Source: a virus
Virus record (IMG/VR): IMGVR_UViG_3300025127_000009
Span: 1-64,000 of that record
Direction: 5' to 3' (one strand)
DNA: 64,000 nt
In this document: positions 1 through 8,509 of the stretch, in pieces
How positions within the stretch are numbered: the stretch's first letter is position 1
Layout of the letters: each line of letters begins with the position of its first letter
Notes under the pieces: generated by a model
The model's database searches: none
Told to the model about the DNA's origin: nothing
Seen by the model: the letters and a program-made list of their open reading frames with translations, nothing else
Made by a program: the position numbers and the translations under genes

Positions 1-32
1 TTAAATTAAACAAAACACTTGGACTTCAACAA

Positions 33-380
33 TTACTCTTCTGTGGTTTCTTTTGGTTGTTTCTTCTTTCTAGTTCTTCTAGTTCTAGTTTTTTTAACAA
101 CTTCTTTTTCAACCTCCGGTTCTGGTTCAGTTTCCTGTGTTACCTCTGGTTCTTCTGGAACTATCTCTTTAAGGGCATTTGGCCTTGGAGGCTTCTGTTC
201 CGGTTCTGGCTGTTCTTCAACTACTGTAACAGGCTCTGGCGATGATACTGGCTCAGGCTCTGTGACCTGAATTGTCTCTTTTTCAACAAGTTTAACTTTG
301 TTTCCAAGGATCGCGGCTCGCTTTTTTGCATATTTGCTCGCATACTTTGCCATTGTTAATCTTTTTCTACGTTTACCCAT
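33..380 (-). CDS. Small protein with Lys/Arg-rich termini and a Pro/Glu-rich middle; hypothetical, possibly nucleic-acid binding
   Basis: 115-aa ORF with AGGAG SD (plus-strand ctcct 387-391); basic MGKRRKR... start and KKTRTRRTRKKK near the end. Confidence 0.75.
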   Translation of the reverse strand: MGKRRKRLTMAKYASKYAKKRAAILGNKVKLVEKETIQVTEPEPVSSPEPVTVVEEQPEPEQKPPRPNALKEIVPEEPEVTQETEPEPEVEKEVVKKTRTRRTRKKKQPKETTEE

Positions 381-414
381 CTCAAACTCCTTTAAACTAA
401 AACGATTGTATCTT

Positions 415-423
415 TAATTAGTT
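415..423 (-). promoter_or_regulatory. Variant of the recurring putative late-promoter motif (AACTAATTA)
   Basis: Resembles the AACTATTTATT copies; about 35 nt upstream of the 115-aa gene. Confidence 0.4.
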
Positions 424-430
424 TTAAAAT

Positions 431-461
431 AAAGAAAACCCCACTCCAAAAGGAGTAGGGT
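431..461 (-). terminator. Rho-independent terminator downstream of the decoration-protein gene
   Basis: Plus-strand accccactcc-aaaa-ggagtagggt (438-461). The single mismatch is a G-U wobble on the minus strand, and a U-rich tract follows on the minus strand. Confidence 0.8.
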
Positions 462-488
462 AAGTTCTTTGATAAGGCGAGTTAGTTA

Positions 489-914
489 TTAGTCAGAAGT
501 AATAGCACCTGTCGCGTTAGAGACAGAGATACCATACCACTTTGAACCGTCCGAAATCAGTTCTACCTGACATCCGATCTCTCCGGTGTTTGCGGTGAAA
601 ATTATTCGGTCACCAGCGGTGCCGCCATGAGAGTCTTCATTGCCCCCAGCTTCATCTAAAACAATGTTGTGTACATTGTCTCCGTCACCAGCTGTTGCGT
701 CAATGTTCCAAGCACCGCCTGTGTTTTTAGTGCCAAGGACAAACTTTGCCCACCAGCCTTTTCCAGCAGCAGAGGCGTCGGGTAATGTCACAGTGCCTCC
801 AGCAGCTGCGTTTAAAATAAACAATGTTCCACAGTCTGCAACTTCCACAGTTTTTGCACCTGTTAGACTTTCTACTTTCTTCCTATCCGCACTATATCTT
901 CCTAATTTACTCAT
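489..914 (-). CDS. Putative head decoration/cement protein
   Basis: 141 aa, Gly/Ala/Thr-rich and beta-prone (TVTLP, VELISDGSKWY); directly downstream of the MCP; AAGGAG SD. Confidence 0.6.
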   Translation of the reverse strand: MSKLGRYSADRKKVESLTGAKTVEVADCGTLFILNAAAGGTVTLPDASAAGKGWWAKFVLGTKNTGGAWNIDATAGDGDNVHNIVLDEAGGNEDSHGGTAGDRIIFTANTGEIGCQVELISDGSKWYGISVSNATGAITSD

Positions 915-965
915 AATTTATGATCTCCTTTAATTAATAAAGGCATTTCGCCTTACCTTTTATAC

Positions 966-976
966 AATAAATAGTT
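966..976 (-). promoter_or_regulatory. Putative late-promoter motif AACTATTTATT
   Basis: Exact 11-mer also at 3943-3953 and 55570-55580, each shortly upstream of a structural gene. Confidence 0.55.
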
Positions 977-995
977 TAACGAAAACCAAACTTAC

Positions 996-1023
996 AAAAA
1001 AAACCCCCCAAAAGAGGGGGGTT
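996..1023 (-). terminator. Rho-independent terminator after the major capsid protein gene
   Basis: aacccccc (1002-1009) pairs with ggggggtt (1016-1023); the A-run 996-1003 gives a U8 tail on the minus strand. Confidence 0.85.
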
Positions 1024-1045
1024 AATTTTTAGTTATCGGATGCTA

Positions 1046-2809
1046 TCAACTAGCACCTGCCTCGCCAAGGAGACCGCGAACAATAACAAGACCATACATA
1101 TCAGGTCTAACCATCTTCTTAGCGTAACGGGTCATAACACCCTTACGTGGCACAAAATCCTCTGTGCCGAAGATGGTGGGAGTCACCTGAAGTGGTACGT
1201 ATGGAGCGTAGACAAAACCACTTTCTAAGAAAGAGTTGCCTCTACGACCAACGAGTAGCACGTTGCGTGGGAAGTATGGGTCAACCATGACGTCAAACTT
1301 CTTGCTAAGTGCACCAACCTTCACAGCACCAATGTCACCGCGATCTGCATCAGCAGTCACGCTAGCACGGAAGCCGCTTGTGAACTCAAGAATGTTAGCA
1401 ACTTCTGGGGAGCAGACAACAAAGTTTGCGCCACCGCGAAGTGTCTTTCTGTGGATCTGAGCACTAACATCGTTAATTGTCTCGATAAGTGTCTCGTACC
1501 ACTCGCTAACAGTACCGGTGAAATCAGGTGAAGCGCTAGTAGCGCCAAGTTCAGCACCAGTGCTATCAACGAAAAGACCAGGTGCACGGCTCCAGTAACG
1601 AGTACCAGCCTTAGCACCAATGATCAAATCACCAAGAATTTCCTGATCAATTTCTAGAGCAATCTGCTCAGAAAGAATGCCAGTCAATTCAACCTCTGCA
1701 TCAAGGTTGTGGTATGCGTTGAGATCTTGTCCCAACTCAGGGGTCCACTTAGCCTTGAGTTTCTTGGTCTGCGCGGTAACAGCAATGCTGTCAACCTTGA
1801 TATCAATCTCTGGGATCTTAGTTGAACTAAGTCTCTGAGGAGATCCATCAGCACCAGCACCTTCGAAGCCAACAGTAGATGCCTTAACAACACCAACGTG
1901 ATCGGTTGAAACAAGAGTATCCTTAATTGGGTACTCAATATCAATAGCAGTCTTGTGACTTGGCTGTCTGTTAGTAGCATTAGCAGCGGCTGCTGCACCT
2001 GCTGTATTAACAAACACAAGTCTCAAGTTACCAGAACTGTCAAGATCAGTCAAGCGACGAATCAACTGTACATTGGTACCGGCAGCATTTGTGCCGTCAA
2101 CTGTTATAACTCTTAGTGCTGCAAGCGCATCTTTGTTAAGATCCGCAGGAATTGCAGAAGAAGAAACCAAAATTTGAATAACTCTGTCACCAGTGTTAGC
2201 CAAAATATCGGGATCAAATCTAATTAATTTCTTTTGTGCTTCGGTAAGAGCCGAAACAAGAACACCTGTGTCAGCGCCACCGATGGCCTGACCAACACTA
2301 CCAGCAGCAATTTCGCTGGAGCCTGTTGGGTGCGAATAACCAGTGCCAAGATCATAGAAACCACCAGGGCCACCCTTGGTAAGATCTGCATCAAGGTCAA
2401 CACCACCGGTCAACTGGCGACCGACAACATTACCACCGTAGATGGATGCGTCAGCAACCATACCAGATCTAGTGTCACTGTGTGTGAAATCCAAGAAGAA
2501 AATCAATCCACTTGGAAGACTCATAGGCTGAACGCTTACGAGATCGTTTGCAATCAATCCACCGAAAACACGGCGAACGATTGGGAAAGCAACTGATGCG
2601 AAACCTTCGACATCACCTGCGGACATAGAGGAAGCCTCGCGAAGAAGTTCCTTTGCTTGGTTCTCAAGAAGAACCGACATACCCTGTCTAGCATGATCAT
2701 CCAACCCTTCCAGAAGGCCAGTCTTCTCCCACTTATTGAGGAGTGCTTCGCCTTCCTTCTGGACGTTACGATGAACAATACCTTCAGTTAATTTTTCTAA
2801 TACAGACAT
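1046..2809 (-). CDS. Major capsid protein, T4 gp23-like
   Basis: Motifs VQPMSLPSGLIFFLDF, AQTKKLKAKWTPELGQDLNAYHNLDAEVELTGILS, GFVYAPYVPL and PRKGVMTRY; TAGGAGG SD at 2820-2826. Confidence 0.97.
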   Translation of the reverse strand: MSVLEKLTEGIVHRNVQKEGEALLNKWEKTGLLEGLDDHARQGMSVLLENQAKELLREASSMSAGDVEGFASVAFPIVRRVFGGLIANDLVSVQPMSLPSGLIFFLDFTHSDTRSGMVADASIYGGNVVGRQLTGGVDLDADLTKGGPGGFYDLGTGYSHPTGSSEIAAGSVGQAIGGADTGVLVSALTEAQKKLIRFDPDILANTGDRVIQILVSSSAIPADLNKDALAALRVITVDGTNAAGTNVQLIRRLTDLDSSGNLRLVFVNTAGAAAAANATNRQPSHKTAIDIEYPIKDTLVSTDHVGVVKASTVGFEGAGADGSPQRLSSTKIPEIDIKVDSIAVTAQTKKLKAKWTPELGQDLNAYHNLDAEVELTGILSEQIALEIDQEILGDLIIGAKAGTRYWSRAPGLFVDSTGAELGATSASPDFTGTVSEWYETLIETINDVSAQIHRKTLRGGANFVVCSPEVANILEFTSGFRASVTADADRGDIGAVKVGALSKKFDVMVDPYFPRNVLLVGRRGNSFLESGFVYAPYVPLQVTPTIFGTEDFVPRKGVMTRYAKKMVRPDMYGLVIVRGLLGEAGAS

Positions 2810-2833
2810 TGTGTAATAACCTCCTAAAGTTTT

Positions 2834-3913
2834 TTATTGTTTTGTAATACCAGCAAGTCGCTGCATTCTTTCAGCAAAAATATCTGCTGAAGTTGTTCGC
2901 TTCTCTTCACGGGAACGAACTAACAGGCTTGGTCTTCTGTCTACGGCTTCGCTCAGTGATTCAGGACCAGTCTTCTTAGTATCAGACTGCACTGTGCTTT
3001 GAAGTGTTTCATAGATAACCTTCGCCTCATTTGCATCTTCGGTCTTAGCGATTGCTTCAACAATTTTCTTTTTCTGTCGCTCATTCAGGGAGCCACAACC
3101 TAAAGTCCGATTAATGTATAGTAACTTGGCGTTTGATGTATTGACGACATCAAACTTTTCTTTTAATTCTCCAACTGCGCTTTTATGAGCGTTTAAGTTT
3201 TCAGTTAAAGACAAGTTTTCTTCTTTAAGTAATTTGTTTTTCTTTGTAATCTTTTTGTTTGCCTCTTCTAGTTTCTTGAGGGCAGCACGCATTTCTTCCA
3301 TTTCTTCTTTTACTTTGTCATCTTGCATGCGAGCCAACTCAAGTTCTGCAGCATGCTCAAGTTCTTCATCAGAAATACCTAACCAGCCGCGCTTCTGAGG
3401 TTTAATATCGACCTTAAGAGATTCCAAAACATCTTGCACGATCATGTTTTCAATATCTTGTTCCCATTCGGCAACACCTTCAGTTGTAAGAGAATCAGCG
3501 TCAGCAGAAGATACGATGTCATCAGACATATCAGCAGCAACATCTTCGCTCGGGACCTTTTCTGCCTCCAAAGAATCTAAACCTGCATCGCCTTCTTCTT
3601 GTTCGATCTTTTCAATTCTTCTTTCTAATTCTGTAAGATCTAATGTAATTTTATCAGTTTCGCTAGGAGAAACTTCATCCATCAATTCTTGATCGGCTTT
3701 ATCAGAACCAGTTTGTTCTTCGTTTTCATTGGTACTTTCGTCTCCGCCGAGACCAAGGCCCATATCCAAATCCTCTTCTTGCTCCAGAAGAGTACTAACA
3801 GCCTCTTTAACTTGATCGGAATATTTTTCAATTACCAATTGTTCAGCATTTTTTAATGCAGCATCTCTTAATGCTTTTGCATCAACGATTGCTTGTTCTA
3901 GAAGTGAAGACAT
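2834..3913 (-). CDS. Prohead core scaffold protein, T4 gp22-like
   Basis: Acidic, coiled-coil, immediately upstream of the MCP; NAKLLYINR motif, C-terminal RMQRLAGI, many L-x-E sites. Confidence 0.85.
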   Translation of the reverse strand: MSSLLEQAIVDAKALRDAALKNAEQLVIEKYSDQVKEAVSTLLEQEEDLDMGLGLGGDESTNENEEQTGSDKADQELMDEVSPSETDKITLDLTELERRIEKIEQEEGDAGLDSLEAEKVPSEDVAADMSDDIVSSADADSLTTEGVAEWEQDIENMIVQDVLESLKVDIKPQKRGWLGISDEELEHAAELELARMQDDKVKEEMEEMRAALKKLEEANKKITKKNKLLKEENLSLTENLNAHKSAVGELKEKFDVVNTSNAKLLYINRTLGCGSLNERQKKKIVEAIAKTEDANEAKVIYETLQSTVQSDTKKTGPESLSEAVDRRPSLLVRSREEKRTTSADIFAERMQRLAGITKQ

Positions 3914-3942
3914 AAGTAACCCCTTATATATTTAAACTCACT

Positions 3943-3953
3943 AATAAATAGTT
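3943..3953 (-). promoter_or_regulatory. Putative late-promoter motif AACTATTTATT upstream of the scaffold-MCP genes
   Basis: Exact copy of the 11-mer, 30 nt upstream of the scaffold ATG. Confidence 0.6.
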
Positions 3954-3998
3954 AAATATATTTCTAAAAACCATAATTTTATTAATGTGGTTTTTTGA

Positions 3999-6188
3999 TT
4001 ACTTATTAAACAAATATGCTAAATCTTTCCACTCTTTTACTGCTTTTTTCTGGCGCTTCGGTTTAGCAGCAGGAGGGGGCACATCTCCCCTAACTAGACC
4101 ATATTCTTTAAACGCTCTTAGTATAGCAAAGAGTGCTTCCTGATTCTTTGCAGTCTCAGGAAGACCTGCTTTCTTAAGTTGAGATGCTAATGTTTTGCTT
4201 ACTACTTTCCAAGTAAGTTTTTTGATTTTCTGTGAGTCTCTTGGCTCTCTATTAATTCTTGGTAGAATCTTTTCAATTGTTTGGTCAATAGCAGTTGACA
4301 ACTTTTTATTAAGTCTAGAACCTTTTATGACTCCTGCTCTTCTTAATTGTTTGGCTGCCGCTCTGAAAATACTAGCATCTACAGTTATAAGCGGATCTAC
4401 CACCTGTTTGCTTCTTCTGTTTGCTTTCTTGAAAGCGGTAGCAAGATCAGTGTCTGACATGTTTTTAACTTTATCAATTCTATCATCTTTAAACTTGCGA
4501 CTTAGATCATCTGTTGATGGTTCAGTATTGCCGCCGACAACGCCCTGATCCTGCGCAGCCTTTTGTATCTTTCTGTCTCGGTCCCTGCCCTTGTCTGATC
4601 TAGCAGTAGAGGGATGAAACTTTAAACCATCGTCATCTAATCTGACTAAAATAGGTCTAGTGTTAGCCTTGTCTTCTGGTTCTGGCTCTTCTTCCGCAGT
4701 CTCAGCAGGAGGAATTTCTGGCTCTGGCAAGGGTTGTAACTTTTGAAACAAATCATTTAGTTTTTGTGCTCTAGATGATTTTTCTCCCTTTAATCTTGCC
4801 AACTTGACTCCTAGCGCTGCAGCAGTTAAGCCAACTCCAATGGCACCTAAAGCACCAGAACCAACAAGCGCGGTGCCTGCACCAATCTTGCTTACGGTGT
4901 ATCCGCCTACAAATTTCGGACCAACCTTTGTAACGACTGCTTTTGCTGCTACTTGTGCAACACCCTTTGAAATGCCCAGAAGGTTTGTTAGGCCACCTTT
5001 AAAAGTTCCTGCACCTGACGCGCCCTGTGACATCATTTGTGCTAACTGTTGATCTTGGCCTGCAACGTATTGTATAAATTCGCTGGAAGGTGCTTTATTG
5101 TTGACAATTTTAAATATATTCTCTCCCGGATTCTCTTTACCATATTGATACATGTATTCCATCATCTTAGCACCGTCGCCCTTGGATGGCATCATTTGAG
5201 AGATTGCAGATGTAATATCAGATGTTTCAGCGTTTGAAATAGAAGAGATCTTATCTATTTGAGACGTAAAGTCTCCCATTGTTTTGGCCACGCCCGTACC
5301 GGTCGCGTTCCCAAGAGATTTTAAAAGACCAGCAGGAGAAGAAGAAACATCAACCCCCTGTCCCATCACTTGCTGAAAGTCGTCTATTTGTTTAATATTT
5401 TGAACGATCTCTGGCTTACCTAGCCCAGAACTCATTGCCATGAAATGAGCAGCGGTAAACGTACCGCCCAATAATCCTAGTACTGCTGGCAGTGTATTGG
5501 ACTTAAGACCTTTCATCGCTTTGGTTTGCTTAGCACCCTTATCTTGAAATCCAGCACGGGCGCGAGGATCGTCTTCTTCCTGTTCTGCAATAATATCTTG
5601 CACTAAATTAAATCTTGCTATGGGATCTTCGTTTAGCCAATCAACAAAAGTGTGATTTGTGTTTCCAAATTCTTTTTCATAAATTAAATAAAGATTTGAA
5701 AACTGATTCATCTGTTCTTCGTTGAAGTGTTTATATACATCTGCTAATTTTTTATCAGAATAAAATTCAACAAGATCCTTGAGGTCTTGAATCATCTCAT
5801 TTGCCATAGCGACTGGAAGATGTCCCTTCTCTTTCGGGTCTAACTTTGTTGCCTTAACAATGTCTTCATATGCCTGCTCCATTGCTGCTACGCCATTGAA
5901 GAAAACAAACTCGTCCTTCATGTTTGGGAAGCCTTTTAATTCTCCGTCTATTTCTTTCTTGAACGCCTGTAAAAACTTGTTTGACTCTTTATTGAACAAG
6001 TTTGCAATATATTCTTCAGCAGCCTGCTTCTCCATTCTCTTTCTTTTAGAAAACACAGAAATAAGATCGTCCATTGTTCCCAACTTAGCCAAGCCAGATT
6101 TAAAAGAGTTCCAAAGACCCTCATCTAGTTGTTGAAGGTTTTGATATTTATTCCAATTTTCGAAAATTAATTTTGTATCTTTACTCAT
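3999..6188 (-). CDS. Putative internal head or ejection protein (729 aa)
   Basis: Lies within the head module; N-terminal LIFENW...LDE|G; two Gly/Ala-rich hydrophobic segments; basic C-terminal third. Confidence 0.55.
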   Translation of the reverse strand: MSKDTKLIFENWNKYQNLQQLDEGLWNSFKSGLAKLGTMDDLISVFSKRKRMEKQAAEEYIANLFNKESNKFLQAFKKEIDGELKGFPNMKDEFVFFNGVAAMEQAYEDIVKATKLDPKEKGHLPVAMANEMIQDLKDLVEFYSDKKLADVYKHFNEEQMNQFSNLYLIYEKEFGNTNHTFVDWLNEDPIARFNLVQDIIAEQEEDDPRARAGFQDKGAKQTKAMKGLKSNTLPAVLGLLGGTFTAAHFMAMSSGLGKPEIVQNIKQIDDFQQVMGQGVDVSSSPAGLLKSLGNATGTGVAKTMGDFTSQIDKISSISNAETSDITSAISQMMPSKGDGAKMMEYMYQYGKENPGENIFKIVNNKAPSSEFIQYVAGQDQQLAQMMSQGASGAGTFKGGLTNLLGISKGVAQVAAKAVVTKVGPKFVGGYTVSKIGAGTALVGSGALGAIGVGLTAAALGVKLARLKGEKSSRAQKLNDLFQKLQPLPEPEIPPAETAEEEPEPEDKANTRPILVRLDDDGLKFHPSTARSDKGRDRDRKIQKAAQDQGVVGGNTEPSTDDLSRKFKDDRIDKVKNMSDTDLATAFKKANRRSKQVVDPLITVDASIFRAAAKQLRRAGVIKGSRLNKKLSTAIDQTIEKILPRINREPRDSQKIKKLTWKVVSKTLASQLKKAGLPETAKNQEALFAILRAFKEYGLVRGDVPPPAAKPKRQKKAVKEWKDLAYLFNK

Positions 6189-6195
6189 TTACTTT

Positions 6196-6366
6196 TTAAT
6201 CCCTTGTTGGATCGGTTCTTAATGAGGACAGGCCAGGGATAATTAGCCTTAATGGTGCAGATGCTAATTCCTTCTTTTTCCTTCTGTCTACAAAGATACC
6301 ATCCTTATTTAATTCTACTATCTCATCTATTACAAAGTTAGGTTTAATGCTGTATTTTCTATTCAC
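6196..6366 (-). CDS. Small hypothetical protein (about 56 aa, GTG start)
   Basis: Perfect TAAGGAGG SD overlapping the upstream stop (6373-6380) points to the GTG at 6366 rather than the track start at 6393. Confidence 0.65.
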   Translation of the reverse strand: MNRKYSIKPNFVIDEIVELNKDGIFVDRRKKKELASAPLRLIIPGLSSLRTDPTRD

Positions 6367-6377
6367 AACAAGCCTCC

Positions 6378-6833
6378 TTAGAATGTTGAACAAGCAGCAA
6401 AAATACTAGTGCCGGTGGCGCTACTACAAACAAAAGCAACACGATCAATACCAAGAATTTCATATGTTCTATATTCTCTCTCGTCAGGTGTAATGTCAGC
6501 AGCGTCTGCGTGCCCACTATCTGCTGGAGCGGGGATAGTTACAGCCGTGGGTGCCGCGTTAGCACCGACCTGACTAAAAGATTGTGGAAGTTCAAACCAT
6601 CGCTGAAAAGCGTGAGTATATCCGTATACCTTTACAGTTCCTGGCGCTGCACTGTGAGCGTCTTCTGTTAGAACATGCAGATATCTTTGGTTTTCGGTTG
6701 CGTACCCTGTTGTTGTGGCTGTTATACCTAACAAGTCAGCGGCAGAACTTGCTGTAACAGCGCCGCCTACAACGCCTGTTAAATTTTTTGGACCTCTTGT
6801 GCGGCCCCAACTAGTATTTTTAAAAGTTGTCAT
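6378..6833 (-). CDS. Hypothetical, probable virion protein (151 aa)
   Basis: AAGGAG SD; Ala/Thr-rich and beta-prone; motif variant ACTAGTTAT upstream at 6855-6863. Confidence 0.7.
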   Translation of the reverse strand: MTTFKNTSWGRTRGPKNLTGVVGGAVTASSAADLLGITATTTGYATENQRYLHVLTEDAHSAAPGTVKVYGYTHAFQRWFELPQSFSQVGANAAPTAVTIPAPADSGHADAADITPDEREYRTYEILGIDRVAFVCSSATGTSIFAACSTF

Positions 6834-6858
6834 CCTAAATCTCCTTAACTAAGTATAA

Positions 6859-7083
6859 CTAGTCTTTAAATTGGTCTAAATACTTTCTAGTTGCTTCTTG
6901 CGCCAATCTCTTTCTTCTTAACTTTTTAAGTTTTCTTTTTTCTGATTTAGAGATGAATCTTTGGCGCTTCTTGTACAATTCTATGATTCCACTCTTTTTA
7001 GTTTTCTTAATGAATCTTCTGACCATTCTCATTTGATCTTCATTTCTACGTGACTCAACTCCAAAATTAACTGCCTTGCTCAT
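6859..7083 (-). CDS. rpsU: Phage-encoded ribosomal protein bS21
   Basis: 74 aa, highly basic; V..RRNEDQMRMVRRFIKKTKKSGII...KRQRF...SEKRKLKK follows the bS21 pattern (RRF, G-I/V-L, SEKRK). Confidence 0.85.
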   Translation of the reverse strand: MSKAVNFGVESRRNEDQMRMVRRFIKKTKKSGIIELYKKRQRFISKSEKRKLKKLRRKRLAQEATRKYLDQFKD

Positions 7084-7093
7084 TTTTATTCCT

Positions 7094-7519
7094 TTACTTT
7101 AAAGCATTCCACTTACTGCCAAACAAACCAACTAAACTGTCTATATCCACTCCCTTATCTCTAGGATCTATATTTGCCAATGGAGAGGCGGAAGGAGCAT
7201 TGTTTGGATTACCGCCTTTACTTAAAGGTTCCGTACCTTCAAATACATTAACGCCTCCTAAGTTAGCGTAACCTGATTCAGCAATGGCTGAAAGCATTTT
7301 GTTTTTTGTTTCGTTAACTGCTTTGTGTGCTGCAGCATTGCGCCTTTCTACTTTTGGCTCTGGCGCTTTAGTTTCAACAATTCTATCTGCACCCATCCCT
7401 ACGACAATTTCTGCAACAAGTGTTGAAAGCACACCTTCCTCAAATATTGCCTCTCTAATACATTCCTTGACTACGGGTTTTAAAATAGTTTTTAACTTTT
7501 CTATTTCTTTTTTATTCAT
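7094..7519 (-). CDS. Head-module hypothetical protein (141 aa)
   Basis: GAGGA SD; N-terminal LKTILKPVVKECIREAIFEE; 4-nt overlap with the protease stop. Confidence 0.75.
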   Translation of the reverse strand: MNKKEIEKLKTILKPVVKECIREAIFEEGVLSTLVAEIVVGMGADRIVETKAPEPKVERRNAAAHKAVNETKNKMLSAIAESGYANLGGVNVFEGTEPLSKGGNPNNAPSASPLANIDPRDKGVDIDSLVGLFGSKWNALK

Positions 7520-8118
7520 TTGTTCCTCAAAATGTCTGTCATTAATCTATTAACTCTATCTAACTTAGACAGCGGCCTTGTCATATCTTTTGATTCGTTA
7601 ACCTGGCTCATGATTGCTCCAGGAGTAGAGGGGTCAGAAACCATATCAAAGCAAATTAATTGAAAATCATCTTCCACGATTGTGGCTCCGTCACGCTCTG
7701 TAACAGATCCCATTCCCCGAGAAGATATGCCACATGGAATGTTACATTCGACAAGATTTCTTAGAATCTTTCCCGCAGGGGTTGATAAAACTTCTATCTT
7801 GCCCATAACCTTTTTGCCTTCCATCCATATATCAGTTACCAAGTGTGAACAGTTCTGTAGATTAATAACAGAAGACTCTGGATGATCTAACTCACCTAGC
7901 GCTCTGCGCTCTTTTACTAACTGCTTGTATCTACCAACTTCTCTTTCCAGCAGTGCGTGTGGGTACATTCTACCATTGTGATTTTTTGTTTCTGACATTT
8001 GCATAACACCAGACAAAATAATAGTACCATTAGCAACACGGCGTTTCTCATCTTCTGTCAAAAGATCTTGGCAAACACCACCATCACAAAGTTCAAAATA
8101 TTCTCTTAAAAGTTTCAT
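7516..8118 (-). CDS. Prohead maturation protease, T4 gp21-like
   Basis: Motifs NHNGRMYP, ALGELDHP, GISSRGMGSV and FDMVSDPSTPGA. Confidence 0.96.
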   Translation of the reverse strand: MKLLREYFELCDGGVCQDLLTEDEKRRVANGTIILSGVMQMSETKNHNGRMYPHALLEREVGRYKQLVKERRALGELDHPESSVINLQNCSHLVTDIWMEGKKVMGKIEVLSTPAGKILRNLVECNIPCGISSRGMGSVTERDGATIVEDDFQLICFDMVSDPSTPGAIMSQVNESKDMTRPLSKLDRVNRLMTDILRNK

Positions 8119-8121
8119 ATC

Positions 8122-8208
8122 TTAGTTCCTATATGCGGGGGCCACCCGCTTCATACCAGAGCCCTTACAACAGTTAGCAACAGGTCTAATCATCCATCGC
8201 TTTCTCAT
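8122..8208 (-). CDS. Unannotated 28-aa peptide MRKRWMIRPVANCCKGSGMKRVAPAYRN
   Basis: Translated by hand; AGGAG SD at 8216-8220, ATG at 8208, TAA at 8122-8124; fills the gap before the protease gene. Confidence 0.55.
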   Translation of the reverse strand: MRKRWMIRPVANCCKGSGMKRVAPAYRN

Positions 8209-8509
8209 TTATATTCTCCTTGTGATGGCTAACTTTAATTCCTTCGTCTCCGACAATCATGTTACCAATATAGGAAACTGCTGAAGAGTAGCAGCCTAAT
8301 ATGAAAGCCGTGGACAAAGATCCATCAAATCTAAATAGTTCTGTTGTGCCACTAATTGCCCACAAAAATACCCCGACCCAGAATCCTGTACACATTGCAC
8401 AAGATAAAAGTTTACCCATCCAGCCTTGAGTAGGGCGAACCTTATCAAATATGCTTCCGTAAACTATAATTTGAGTCATACCGATGCAGGCAACTGTAAA
8501 GGTGAGCAT
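8186..8509 (-). CDS. Membrane protein with a CxxC motif (DUF1360-like)
   Basis: Hydrophobic helices and CAMCTGFWVG; GGAGA SD. Confidence 0.65.
   Translation of the reverse strand: MLTFTVACIGMTQIIVYGSIFDKVRPTQGWMGKLLSCAMCTGFWVGVFLWAISGTTELFRFDGSLSTAFILGCYSSAVSYIGNMIVGDEGIKVSHHKENINEKAMDD

Noticed and set aside
8135-8149. GC hairpin as an intrinsic terminator
   Set aside because: The stem is only 5 bp with no U-tract on either strand; kept instead as a possible translational element
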